Positions 15,375 to 23,840 of a stretch of DNA of 23,840 nucleotides are shown here, piece by piece; within the stretch, counting starts at the first letter, position 1; each line of letters opens with the position of its first letter. Origin of the DNA: an uncultured bacterium (lineage in GTDB: Bacteria; Gemmatimonadota; Gemmatimonadetes; Gemmatimonadales; Gemmatimonadaceae); assembly GCA_963978095.1 (NCBI GenBank), contig CAXBQP010000048.1:1-23840 (forward strand). The letters run 5' to 3'. The notes below the pieces were generated by a model, which had not been told where the DNA came from, ran no database searches, and saw only the letters and a list, made by a program, of their open reading frames with translations. A program made the translations under genes and the position numbers.

Positions 15375-17204
15375 TCACATCCGGCCGCCCGATGCCGGAT
15401 CTGGCGTGAAGTCCTCGCCGGGATTGATGAACTGGTCTTTCTCGATCTGGTACTGCTTGTCGTAGAGCTCCTTGTACCGACCAGCCGTGGCGATCAGCTC
15501 GCGATGGTTGCCGCGCTCCACGATCTCACCGTGCTCGAGCACGAGAATCTGGTCCGCACTTTGAATGGTGCTGAGCCGGTGCGCGATCACGAACGTCGTG
15601 CGACCGGCCCGCAGCGCCCGCAGGCCATCGCGGATATGCTGCTCGCTCTCGGAGTCCAAGCTGCTCGTGGCTTCGTCCAGGATCAGGATCTTGGGATCCG
15701 CGAGAATCGCGCGTGCGATCGCGATCCGCTGGCGCTGTCCACCGGAGAGCTTCACCCCGCGCTCACCGACGATCGTCTCGTAGCCATCCGGGAAGCCGGC
15801 GATGAACTCCTCGCAATGCGCGACCTTGGCCACGGCCTCCACCTCGGCGCGGGTCGCCCCGGGTTTTGAGAAGGCGATGTTCTCGGCGATCGTGCCGTCG
15901 AACAGGAAGTTGTCCTGCAGCACCACGCCCAGATGCTTGCGGTAGTCCTTGAGGCGCACCGTCTGCAGATCGCGTCCGGCAATGAGAATCTCGCCGCGCA
16001 GGGGACGTTCGAAGGCCATGATCAGCGAGATCAGGGTGCTCTTCCCCGAACCGCTGCTTCCGACCAAGGCGGTCGTGGTCCCTTCCGGCGCGACGAAGCT
16101 CACTCCCTTGATCACCGGCACGTCCTTGCGGTATTCGAACCAGATATCCTTGAACTCGATCGCGCCGTCGGCGGTCCTGAGCACGGCGCGATTCGCGTCG
16201 TCGGCGTCCTCGGTCGGTGTGGTCATGATCTCGCGGATGCGGTCGAGCCCCGCGAAGGCCTCGCTGATCTGCGTGCCGATGGCGGCCATCTGCACCACCG
16301 GAAAGGTCACAAGTCCCACGAAGAACACGTACATCACGAATTGGCCTGACGTCATGTGGCCGGCGAGGATGTCCCGACCGCCGATGACGGTCATCAGCAC
16401 GCCGACCACGCCGATGATCACGGTCGAGAAGGCCGTCACCGCCGATGTGCCGGTGATCGTGCTGGCGATATTGCGGTACAGCTTGTGCGCGCCTTTCGTG
16501 AAGACGATCTCCTCACGCTTCTCGGCGGTGTAGACCTTGACGACGCGCGCGCCGCCCAAGGCCTGCCCCAATCGCCCCGAGACCTCGGCCGAGATCTTTC
16601 CCCGCTCGCGGAAGACCGGGCGCAACTTCGTGAAGGCGTAAGCCATGACCGCACCGAAGCTCCCGATCACCGCCAGCATCGCGAGCGTGAGCCGCCAGTT
16701 GAGCCAGAACAGCGCGCCCAGGGCGATGACCGCGGTCACGAGTCCGCCGACGAGCTGAATGATCCCCGTGCCGACCAGGTTGCGCACGCCCTCGGCATCG
16801 CTCATCACGCGTGAAATCAAGATGCCGCTCTGCGTCGAGTCGAAGAAACTGACCGGCAGATGCAGGAGACGAGCCTGCACCCGCCGCCGCATATCGGTGA
16901 TGGCGCGCTGGCCGGCGAGACTCACGACCTGCGACAGCGCGAACGAACTCGCGGCCTGGATGACCGTGGCGATGCCGGACGCAATGGCGATCGGCATCAG
17001 CAGGTCCGTGCGCTGCTTGGTGAACACGTCGTCGATCAGCCACTTGGAGCTCGCCGGCAGGACGAAGCCGGCGGCCCGGTTGATGAGCATCAACGTCAGG
17101 CCGAGCGCCAGCTGCCAGCGGTGCGCGTACATCAGCACACGCGCTTCCTGCCAGGCGTTGTTGTAGTTGACCTTCTTCTTCTTCTTCGGTGCGGCGTCAG
17201 CCAT
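15375..17204 (-). CDS. Type IV ABC exporter, fused TMD and NBD (MsbA/MdlB-like)
   Basis: Likely start MADAAPKKKKK at 17204, overlapping the upstream stop by 8 nt; multi-TM domain; Walker A GSSGSGKST, Q-loop, LSGGQRQR, ILILDEATSSLD, IAHRLST. Confidence 0.93.
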   Translation of the reverse strand: MADAAPKKKKKVNYNNAWQEARVLMYAHRWQLALGLTLMLINRAAGFVLPASSKWLIDDVFTKQRTDLLMPIAIASGIATVIQAASSFALSQVVSLAGQRAITDMRRRVQARLLHLPVSFFDSTQSGILISRVMSDAEGVRNLVGTGIIQLVGGLVTAVIALGALFWLNWRLTLAMLAVIGSFGAVMAYAFTKLRPVFRERGKISAEVSGRLGQALGGARVVKVYTAEKREEIVFTKGAHKLYRNIASTITGTSAVTAFSTVIIGVVGVLMTVIGGRDILAGHMTSGQFVMYVFFVGLVTFPVVQMAAIGTQISEAFAGLDRIREIMTTPTEDADDANRAVLRTADGAIEFKDIWFEYRKDVPVIKGVSFVAPEGTTTALVGSSGSGKSTLISLIMAFERPLRGEILIAGRDLQTVRLKDYRKHLGVVLQDNFLFDGTIAENIAFSKPGATRAEVEAVAKVAHCEEFIAGFPDGYETIVGERGVKLSGGQRQRIAIARAILADPKILILDEATSSLDSESEQHIRDGLRALRAGRTTFVIAHRLSTIQSADQILVLEHGEIVERGNHRELIATAGRYKELYDKQYQIEKDQFINPGEDFTPDPASGGRM

Positions 17205-18018
17205 TGGAGACTCGTTCCAGAGTTGGGACCGGGACGCGTACGGGGCGTCCCGCCGCCGCGAGAATCGCGGCCGGGTCATTCGACAAAATTCCGTTCACCC
17301 CACCGGCCCAGAATCGCTGGGCCTCCAGCGGATCATCAACGGTCCACACGTGCGTCGGGATACCAGCTTTCCGCCCCATTTTCGCGAAGCGTCGCACGGG
17401 GAGCGAGCGACCCGCATACTGCGAAGGAATGATACACGCGTGGAACGGCAGCGTCGCCGGTCCACCCGGCAGCAGGGTCCGCAGCTTCAGTCGCCGCATC
17501 TCGGTGGTGCTCGCGCCCGTGGCCAGACCGGCGGCCCGGAACGGGAGCAACGCTGCATCAGTGAACGATCCGATGACGCATCGGTGTTCCGCCCCGAAAC
17601 GGCGGATGAGGCGCAGCGATTCGGTGACGGCGTCGGCGACCTTCAGTTCCAGGATGAAGGGCATATCACCGATGGCTTCCAGCATCTCTTCCAGCGTCGG
17701 AATCCCGATGCCGCGCCCGCGCCACGGGTGCGAACGCCCTCCGTCCGGCGTGAACCCGAACCCCGCGTCCAGCGCCCGAAGCTCTCGGAGCGGCTGACGC
17801 GCCACTGGCCCGGTGCCGTTGGTCGTCCGCTCCAGCGTGGCATCGTGGAATGCAACGACCCTTCCGTCGGCACTGACGCGGACATCGAACTCCACGGCAT
17901 CTGCTCCCAGATCGATCCCCGACCGGACCGCCATCACGGTGTTCTCCGGGCGCTGCGCGGAGTTGCCGCGGTGTGCGATCACGGGCCGCGCTGAGGGATC
18001 CACGAGGATGGACATCAT
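17197..18018 (-). CDS. Glycerophosphodiester phosphodiesterase family protein, no signal peptide
   Basis: VIAHRG, PENT, EFDV, FHDATLERTT, IPTLEE, LELK, HVWTVDD and GILSNDP are GDPD motifs; ATG at 18018 or 18015. Confidence 0.92.
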   Translation of the reverse strand: MMSILVDPSARPVIAHRGNSAQRPENTVMAVRSGIDLGADAVEFDVRVSADGRVVAFHDATLERTTNGTGPVARQPLRELRALDAGFGFTPDGGRSHPWRGRGIGIPTLEEMLEAIGDMPFILELKVADAVTESLRLIRRFGAEHRCVIGSFTDAALLPFRAAGLATGASTTEMRRLKLRTLLPGGPATLPFHACIIPSQYAGRSLPVRRFAKMGRKAGIPTHVWTVDDPLEAQRFWAGGVNGILSNDPAAILAAAGRPVRVPVPTLERVSNG

Positions 18019-18027
18019 GGAAAGATA

Positions 18028-18079
18028 CAGCAAGGAGAAAGGGAGGCGGGCCGAAGCCCGCCTCCCTTTCTCCTTGCTG
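18028..18079 (-). repeat. Perfect 24-bp inverted repeat with C(UUCG)G tetraloop; terminator, stabiliser or processing hairpin after the TBDR gene
   Basis: cagcaaggagaaagggaggcgggc-cgaa-gcccgcctccctttctccttgctg on the + strand; loop reads UUCG on the coding (minus) strand. Confidence 0.85.
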
Positions 18080-18107
18080 CCGTGGTGCTACCGGCCCTTG
18101 AGGAGGC

Positions 18108-20930
18108 TTAGAACTCCCAACGGAGGCGGGTCATGATCAGGCGGCCGATCTGCGGCGTGCCGACGAACGTGGCCACGCGGGTGTCGAACAGATTGCTGAC
18201 CGTGAGGGCCATGGAGGTGTTCTTGGCCAGGCGGAACGAGGTGCCGACGTCGGCGAGCGTGTACGCCGGGACCGACGGATACAGCGCCGTGCCGCTCGGA
18301 TTCGGCGGCGTGCCGAGCGAGTTGAGCAATCCCGAGTTGACCGGGAACGCATCGCTGAAGCGCAGCGAGGCGTCGAAGCTCAAGCCGTCGGTGTCGTCAT
18401 TGTAGCGGACCGTGGTCGACGCCCGATACTTCGGGGAGTTCGACATCAGCGGGTTGATGGTGCCACCGATTTCCGGGAACACGATCTTGCCCATGTGGGA
18501 GAAGGTCCCGGACCACATCCACTTGTCGTTCATCTGGTAGTCGAACGCCACGTCGATGCCGTGGACGTCGATTTCACCCAAGCCCTGCGTGTAGGTGGCG
18601 ATGATCGACTGGTCGCCGCCGAGCGTCGGGTTCGTGAACGCCAGCGCGCCCTGCGGGAGCTGCGCCATGAGCGGCACGAGGTTGCCGGCATACGCGGCAG
18701 CGGTCGGGTCGGCCTGCGCCTTCGCCATGCCCCCGGCCTGCAGGCCAAGGGAGATGTTGGTCGTCAGGTACGCGCCGAGCGTCGTCGGATCGTAGAAGAC
18801 GAGCGGGTTGGCCTGGCCGATCGGGGCGCCGACGCCGGTGCGGATCTGGTACCACAGATCCACCGAGACCCGGAGCTTGTCGTTGATGATCCCCTTGTAG
18901 CCGAGTTCCATCGTGTTGTCGAAGCTCGCCGAGAGCGGCGAGAGATCCTTGGCATCAGCGGCGGTGACCGCCGTGGAGCCGATGCGGAGCACGGTGCCGA
19001 TGTTCGCGGCGGTCGGGCGCAGCGTGGAGAGGATCGGGTTGAGCGACGTCAGGAGCCCGGTGAGGGCGGCCTTGTTGGCGGCCGACAGCGTGCTGGTCGG
19101 CAGGCCCGCGATGATCGTCGGGAATGCCGCGATGAAGCCCGGGAAGGCGACGGCCGCCGAGGAGTTCTGGTTCGAACCCGTGCCGGCCGCGACCCACGGC
19201 GAGTGCATGCAGATGCCGGCGTTGATCGTGTTGTCGCAGCTGCGCGCGAACTGCCACCCCTGCTTCGCGGGGTTGCCGATGACGCGCAGGGCGAAGCCCG
19301 GCGCCTGGTTCGGATTGGAAACCTGGTCGAGGAAGTACGAGAAGCTCGCCGGCGAGTTGAAGGCGCGGCTGAAGGTCAGGCGGATGTTGTTCGACTCGTT
19401 GGCCTTGTAGACGAAGGCCATGCGCGGCGAGAACTGCGACCCGTTGATCCGATCCGTCATGTCGCCACGGATCGCGCTCACGAAGTTGAGTTTCGGGGTC
19501 AGCGGCGCGTCGGCCTGCAGGTAGGCGCCGTACTCGAGGATGTCGGTCGCGCCCTCGTTGCGACCGAAGATCGAGCCTTCCGAGCGCGGGGCCGTCTTGA
19601 TGTAATCGGCGCCGGCGACGAACTTGGCCGCCCCGATGTTGAAGCCCTGTTGGACCTGGCCCACGAGCACCGTCGACTTGTCCACGACCGGGATGCCGGT
19701 GCGCAGGTAGTACGTGCCGCTCAGGTCACTCGGGTTCGCGTTGCCGGAGTTGTTGGTGTTCAAGAACACCTGCGCGAAGAACTTCTTGTAACGGAATCGG
19801 TCCTGGAAGTTCGAGTAGGTCCAGTTCTTGACCTGCGCCGCGCCGAATGCGGTCGTGATCTCGATGGCGCTTCCCACCTTGGTGTAGCCGGTGGTGAAAA
19901 TGTTCTCGACCTCGTCGCTCGGCTTGTAGTCGAGGCGGAACTCGCCGGTGTAGCGGTTCAGGTTGAAGTCGCGCTTGAGCGGCGTGCCGGCGCGGCCGGT
20001 CGGAGCCGTCGACGGGAACACCGTGGGCTCGTTGGGGTCGTTGTACGTCCAGTCGGTGCCCTTCATGTACTCGCCGGAGAGCTTGTAGCCCCAGGAACTG
20101 CCGAGCGTGCCGGCGTGACGGAACGCGCCGCGCATCAGCGCCTGGCCGCCGCCGTCAACCGTGAAGTTCGTTCCCTGCGACTTGAACGGCGACTTGGTGA
20201 TGATGTGCATCACGCCGTTGGCCGAGTTCGGCCCGTAGAGGGCGGAGGCCGGACCGTTGAGCACTTCGATGCGGTCGATGTCGTCGTTCGTGCCCGTGAA
20301 GAGGAAGGGCACGTTCACGCGCAACGACGGGACGCCGGCGAAGCGATAGTCCTGCAGGTTCAGCATCGCGCCCGAGAAGGCGTTGTTGAAGCCGCGCGAG
20401 ACGATGTTCGACTGCACGAGGCCGCCCTGCGACACGGAGAGGCCGGGGGTCGTTCCGAGCACGCCCGAGAGCGCCGGGGTGACGGTGTTCGCGATCCGCT
20501 CCGAGGTCACGACGGAGATCGAGGCCGGGGCATCGAGCACCTTGCTCGGCGTCGCACCACGCGAGTCGGTCGTCACGACTGGGTTGAGGATCGCGGCGAC
20601 TTCCGCCATCGCCACATTCACCGTCGCGGTGCCGCCGGCGGTCACGGTGACTCCATCCACACGCTTCAGGGAGTGACCGAGCTTGGTCACGACGACCGTG
20701 TACGACCCGGCCGCAAGACCGCCGAGTCGGTACGTGCCGTTCTGACCCGAGATCACTGACGCGGCGGTCGTGGTTCCCGAGAGCGCCTGCACGTTGGCAC
20801 CGCTGAGCGCAGCACCCGTACCCGCGTCGGTGACCTTACCCGTGATGGTCCCCGCCTGGGCCGACGCAGTCTGCGCGAGCCCGACGAACGCCAACACGGC
20901 GAACAGTCGACTGACGAATCGTCCAACCAT
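18108..20930 (-). CDS. TonB-dependent receptor with N-terminal carboxypeptidase-regulatory-like domain
   Basis: 940 aa; GAGGTG SD; signal peptide; GTITGKVTD...LSGANV...GTY N-terminal domain; plug motifs APASISVVT, SRGFN and IDRIEVLNGPASALYG; FSPR, NLFD; C-terminal Phe. Confidence 0.93.
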   Translation of the reverse strand: MVGRFVSRLFAVLAFVGLAQTASAQAGTITGKVTDAGTGAALSGANVQALSGTTTAASVISGQNGTYRLGGLAAGSYTVVVTKLGHSLKRVDGVTVTAGGTATVNVAMAEVAAILNPVVTTDSRGATPSKVLDAPASISVVTSERIANTVTPALSGVLGTTPGLSVSQGGLVQSNIVSRGFNNAFSGAMLNLQDYRFAGVPSLRVNVPFLFTGTNDDIDRIEVLNGPASALYGPNSANGVMHIITKSPFKSQGTNFTVDGGGQALMRGAFRHAGTLGSSWGYKLSGEYMKGTDWTYNDPNEPTVFPSTAPTGRAGTPLKRDFNLNRYTGEFRLDYKPSDEVENIFTTGYTKVGSAIEITTAFGAAQVKNWTYSNFQDRFRYKKFFAQVFLNTNNSGNANPSDLSGTYYLRTGIPVVDKSTVLVGQVQQGFNIGAAKFVAGADYIKTAPRSEGSIFGRNEGATDILEYGAYLQADAPLTPKLNFVSAIRGDMTDRINGSQFSPRMAFVYKANESNNIRLTFSRAFNSPASFSYFLDQVSNPNQAPGFALRVIGNPAKQGWQFARSCDNTINAGICMHSPWVAAGTGSNQNSSAAVAFPGFIAAFPTIIAGLPTSTLSAANKAALTGLLTSLNPILSTLRPTAANIGTVLRIGSTAVTAADAKDLSPLSASFDNTMELGYKGIINDKLRVSVDLWYQIRTGVGAPIGQANPLVFYDPTTLGAYLTTNISLGLQAGGMAKAQADPTAAAYAGNLVPLMAQLPQGALAFTNPTLGGDQSIIATYTQGLGEIDVHGIDVAFDYQMNDKWMWSGTFSHMGKIVFPEIGGTINPLMSNSPKYRASTTVRYNDDTDGLSFDASLRFSDAFPVNSGLLNSLGTPPNPSGTALYPSVPAYTLADVGTSFRLAKNTSMALTVSNLFDTRVATFVGTPQIGRLIMTRLRWEF

Positions 20931-21150
20931 AGATGCACCTCGTTTGGATGTGAACTGCCGGAACCGGAGCTCCGGTCCTGCCGAGCGCTGCTAACGATTT
21001 TCGTGCGAAATGGGACTGCACAAACTTTGCGGTTCATCCCCCATGACGCAAGACGCGCCAACCGGTCATGGGGAAACGAAAATCTCCCGAGCAGGGCTCG
21101 GATGTGGAAAACTACCCGTTGTGGGGGACATCTGCGCGAACGCAGGTGCG

Positions 21151-21756
21151 TCAGCGATCGCCCGTGCCGGTGGAGTCGAGGGCAATCACGCGGCGGACGC
21201 CCTTCCACTGCAGGCCGCCAGGCGCGCGGTACTTCATGACCGAGGCCTCAACCACGCGGTGGTTCGAACTCGAGGCGTGGATCATGTTCCCGTTGCCGAT
21301 GTAGATCCCGACATGGGAGATCCGGGATCCCTTGCCGAACACCAAGAGGTCGCCGGGCTGCATCTCCGACGTGTCCTTCCCCACGGAGCCGCCCAACTTG
21401 GCCAGTTCGGCGGCACGGTGCGGGAGGTCGATGCCGAGCTTGGCGAAGACGTACTTTACGAAGCCCGAGCAGTCGAGCCCCTTGTCGGGGTTGGTGCCGG
21501 CCCACTTGTACTTCACGCCGAGCAACTGATTGGCGTGCTCGATGATCGAGTCCCGCTGGGTGCTGTTGATGCTGGCGAGGTTCGCGAACGGCGCCTTCTG
21601 ATTGACCGGACGCTCGAGCAGTGCCTTGAGCGGCGCCTTGGGCTTCACCTTTTTGGCGGTGCGCGACGTCTGCACCCGTGTCTGCGCGCGCGCGACCGCG
21701 GGTGCCGCGAGGGCACCGCAGAGGAGCGTGGCGATCAACAGGGGGCGCAGGTGCAA
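21151..21756 (-). CDS. NlpC/P60 (C40) cell-wall peptidase, exported
   Basis: TTG start with GAGGA SD; signal peptide; LGVKYKWAG, GLDCSG, QPGDLLVF, SHVGIY and IHAS give the Cys-His-His triad. Confidence 0.92.
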   Translation of the reverse strand: MHLRPLLIATLLCGALAAPAVARAQTRVQTSRTAKKVKPKAPLKALLERPVNQKAPFANLASINSTQRDSIIEHANQLLGVKYKWAGTNPDKGLDCSGFVKYVFAKLGIDLPHRAAELAKLGGSVGKDTSEMQPGDLLVFGKGSRISHVGIYIGNGNMIHASSSNHRVVEASVMKYRAPGGLQWKGVRRVIALDSTGTGDR

Positions 21757-21822
21757 CGGCGTGTCCTCACGGAGGGAACTTCGACGTCGGAAATCTAACC
21801 CATTTCCGGGCCGGGGGGAACC

Positions 21823-22224
21823 TCACTCCCGGTAGGCGACGCCGGCATTGCCCGTTTCCCGGATCTCGACCAGGGCCAGCCCGGGGAGGGTGGCTTGCAG
21901 CGCGCGCCAGATCCACTGGGCCAGGAGCTCGCTGGTCGGGTTTTCGAGCCCCGGGACCGCGTTCAAATAGCGGTGGTCGAGCTGCTCGTGCAGGGGGGCC
22001 CAGGCGCGTCGCACATCGTCAAAATCCACCACGAAGCCCGTTGCGGGATCGATCGGGCCGCGCACGGTGAGGCGAACCAGAAAGGTGTGGCCGTGGCGTC
22101 GGGCGCAGGGGTGCTCCGGGGGGACGCCGGTGAGCTGCCGCGCGGCGGCCAGCGTGAACTCGACGGAGGCCTCGCAGGTGTAGCCGGGGGTGCCGGCTGC
22201 GGAGGGTCGCGGGTGCTCGCTCAC
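21823..22224 (-). CDS. queD: 6-carboxy-5,6,7,8-tetrahydropterin synthase, variant at the first Zn ligand
   Basis: CARRHGH (Cx3HGH), VVDF, LDHRYLN, LENPTSE, RET; GTGA overlap with the queE stop; operon context. Confidence 0.9.
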   Translation of the reverse strand: MSEHPRPSAAGTPGYTCEASVEFTLAAARQLTGVPPEHPCARRHGHTFLVRLTVRGPIDPATGFVVDFDDVRRAWAPLHEQLDHRYLNAVPGLENPTSELLAQWIWRALQATLPGLALVEIRETGNAGVAYRE

Positions 22225-22868
22225 CGGATCCCGACGGCTTTGTGGCTTTGGACGCTCAGGCGCCAGGACGGATGTGCGAGGCAGTACGCGATCGCCGACG
22301 CGGTGTTGGCGCGCGTCACGGCGTCGTCCTTGGCGTCCAGAGGTTGCAGGAAGAAGTGGGTGAAATCCATCTGTGCGAAACGCTCCGGGGCGCCGTCGGG
22401 ATGTTCCTGCGGGAAGACCAACTTGAGTTCGTGGCCGGTCCTCAGCACCAGGTCGGCGCCCGCTTTGGGGCTCACGCAGATCCAGTCGAGGCCGAGCGGC
22501 GCAGGCTGCGTCCCATTCGTCTCGACGGCCACGGAAAAGCCGCGGTCGTGGAGCGCCGTGATGGCCGGCGCGTCGAGCTGGAGCAGGGGCTCCCCCCCGG
22601 TGCAGACGACGAACCGCCGTCCGCCGCTGCCGGCGGGCCAGCGCGCGGCGACATGATCCGCGAGGAGGTCCGGGGTTTCGAACTTGCCGCCGTCGGGACC
22701 GACACCGACGAAATCGGTATCACAAAAGCGGCAGACGGCACTCGAGCGATCAGCGTCGCGCCCGGTCCAGAGATTGCACCCGCTGAAGCGGAGGAACACG
22801 GCGGGGCGTCCGGCATGGAATCCCTCGCCCTGCATCGTGTAAAAACACTCCTTCACGGTATACGTCAC
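22221..22868 (-). CDS. queE: 7-carboxy-7-deazaguanine synthase (radical SAM, CX14CX2C type)
   Basis: True start is most likely GTG at 22868 (GTGA overlap with the queC stop): [16 protein letters not shown]...[56 protein letters not shown]. Confidence 0.95.
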   Translation of the reverse strand: MTYTVKECFYTMQGEGFHAGRPAVFLRFSGCNLWTGRDADRSSAVCRFCDTDFVGVGPDGGKFETPDLLADHVAARWPAGSGGRRFVVCTGGEPLLQLDAPAITALHDRGFSVAVETNGTQPAPLGLDWICVSPKAGADLVLRTGHELKLVFPQEHPDGAPERFAQMDFTHFFLQPLDAKDDAVTRANTASAIAYCLAHPSWRLSVQSHKAVGIR

Positions 22869-23554
22869 GGGCGATACTCGGCCGGATCCTCGGTCCCCGC
22901 CTGCTCGAAGCCGCGGAGCCGCAACTGGCACGCATCGCATCGACCGCACGCGGAGCCGCCGGGCGCGGGGTCGTAGCAACTCGAGGTCAGGGAATAGTCC
23001 ACGTCCATCGAGAGTCCGAGCTCGATGATCGCCTTCTTGCTGAGCTGCATCAGCGGGGTGCGGATGTTCATGCGCGCGGTCCCCTCGACACCCGAGCGCG
23101 TGGCGAGATTCGCCATCGTCTCGTAGGCGCGGATGTACTCGGGGCGACAGTCGGGGTACCCGCTGTAGTCCAGCGCATTCACGCCGATGAAGATGTCGGT
23201 GGCGTGGAGCACTTCCGCCCACGCGAGCGCGAATGAGAGGAAAATCGTATTGCGCGCCGGCACATAGGTGATCGGGATGCCGTGCATGAGGTCGTCGGGC
23301 GACCGATCCTTCGGCACCGCGATGTCGCTGGTGAGCGCCGAGCCCCCGAACTGGCGCAGGTCGATGTCGGCGACGACATGGCGCGCCACGCGATACTGGT
23401 CGGCGATCCGCCGAGCGCGGTCGATTTCGACCCCATGACGTTGTCCGTAGCGGAAGGTGAGCGCGTTGATCTCGTAGCCTTCCTTGGTCGCGAGCGCGAG
23501 CAGGGTGGTGGAGTCGAGTCCCCCGCTCAGCAACAGCACCGCTGGCGTTCCCAT
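22865..23554 (-). CDS. queC: 7-cyano-7-deazaguanine (preQ0) synthase
   Basis: Start [15 protein letters not shown] at 23554 with GGAGG upstream; [29 protein letters not shown], and Zn site SCY...CGRCDAC. Confidence 0.96.
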   Translation of the reverse strand: MGTPAVLLLSGGLDSTTLLALATKEGYEINALTFRYGQRHGVEIDRARRIADQYRVARHVVADIDLRQFGGSALTSDIAVPKDRSPDDLMHGIPITYVPARNTIFLSFALAWAEVLHATDIFIGVNALDYSGYPDCRPEYIRAYETMANLATRSGVEGTARMNIRTPLMQLSKKAIIELGLSMDVDYSLTSSCYDPAPGGSACGRCDACQLRLRGFEQAGTEDPAEYRP

Positions 23555-23558
23555 GCGC

Positions 23559-23840
23559 CTACGCCTCCTGTGCGGCCGGTTGTTGCTGCGACAGACAGTG
23601 CAGCGTGCCGAGTCCCCAGACGAGGTCCACGGCGTGGATCCCCACGATTTCACGATCGGGCATCAGGTCGGCGAGGATGGTGAGGGCGACCCGATCGTTC
23701 GGGTCATTGAAGGTCGGCACGAGCACGACGCCGTTGGCGATGTAGAAGTTGGCATAGCTGGCCGGGAGCCGTTGGCCATCCATCATCACCGCGCGCGGAT
23801 AGGGCAAGGGGATGACCTGAATCGGCGCGCCGGTCGCATC
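23559..23840 (-). CDS. Agmatine deiminase / peptidylarginine deiminase family (pentein fold), C-terminal part, begins beyond the right edge
   Basis: Frame is open to the window end; [21 protein letters not shown]...D, and [13 protein letters not shown] with the catalytic Cys. Confidence 0.9.
   Translation of the reverse strand, partial: DATGAPIQVIPLPYPRAVMMDGQRLPASYANFYIANGVVLVPTFNDPNDRVALTILADLMPDREIVGIHAVDLVWGLGTLHCLSQQQPAAQEA

Noticed and set aside
17172..17186. (CTT)5 tract encoding KKKKK at the ABC N-terminus
   Set aside because: Short trinucleotide repeat; slippage keeps the frame, so it is not a phase-variation switch.
21047..21061. TGGCGCGTCTTGC on the minus strand as a sigma54 promoter for the TBDR
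   Set aside because: GG to GC spacing is 8 nt, not the required 10.
21757..21822. Short stem cggaaat/atttccg and a weak sigmaE-like match upstream of NlpC/P60
   Set aside because: 7-bp stem and a mismatched -35 are too weak to call without start-site data.

Overview
High-GC bacterial chromosomal window, mostly core and envelope/metabolic genes. Gene content and style suggest Gemmatimonadota, but that is an inference. About 22 genes, most on the minus strand. Left to right: 5' part of tyrosine phenol-lyase with an in-frame TGA at codon 10; DUF5916/CBM9-like outer-membrane protein; single-domain response regulator; a divergent lipoprotein plus beta-barrel pair; a translationally coupled hybrid histidine kinase, Tat small subunit and FeS-motif GMC oxidoreductase; PlsC-type acyltransferase; M28 peptidase; alpha-hydroxy acid oxidase plus lactate permease; small exported protein; TonB-dependent receptor, glycerophosphodiesterase and MsbA-like ABC exporter; NlpC/P60 hydrolase; queC-queE-queD; 3' end of an agmatine deiminase. 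I saw no mobile element, CRISPR array, rRNA or tRNA. Best leads: the in-frame UGA in an otherwise intact tpl; a QueD whose first Zn-ligand His is Arg, in a que operon tightly linked to a pentein enzyme; a perfect 24-bp UUCG hairpin inside a possible lipid-scavenging TBDR locus; and a GMC dehydrogenase operon headed by a sensor kinase and lacking a cytochrome subunit. All family calls come from motif recognition, not database searches.
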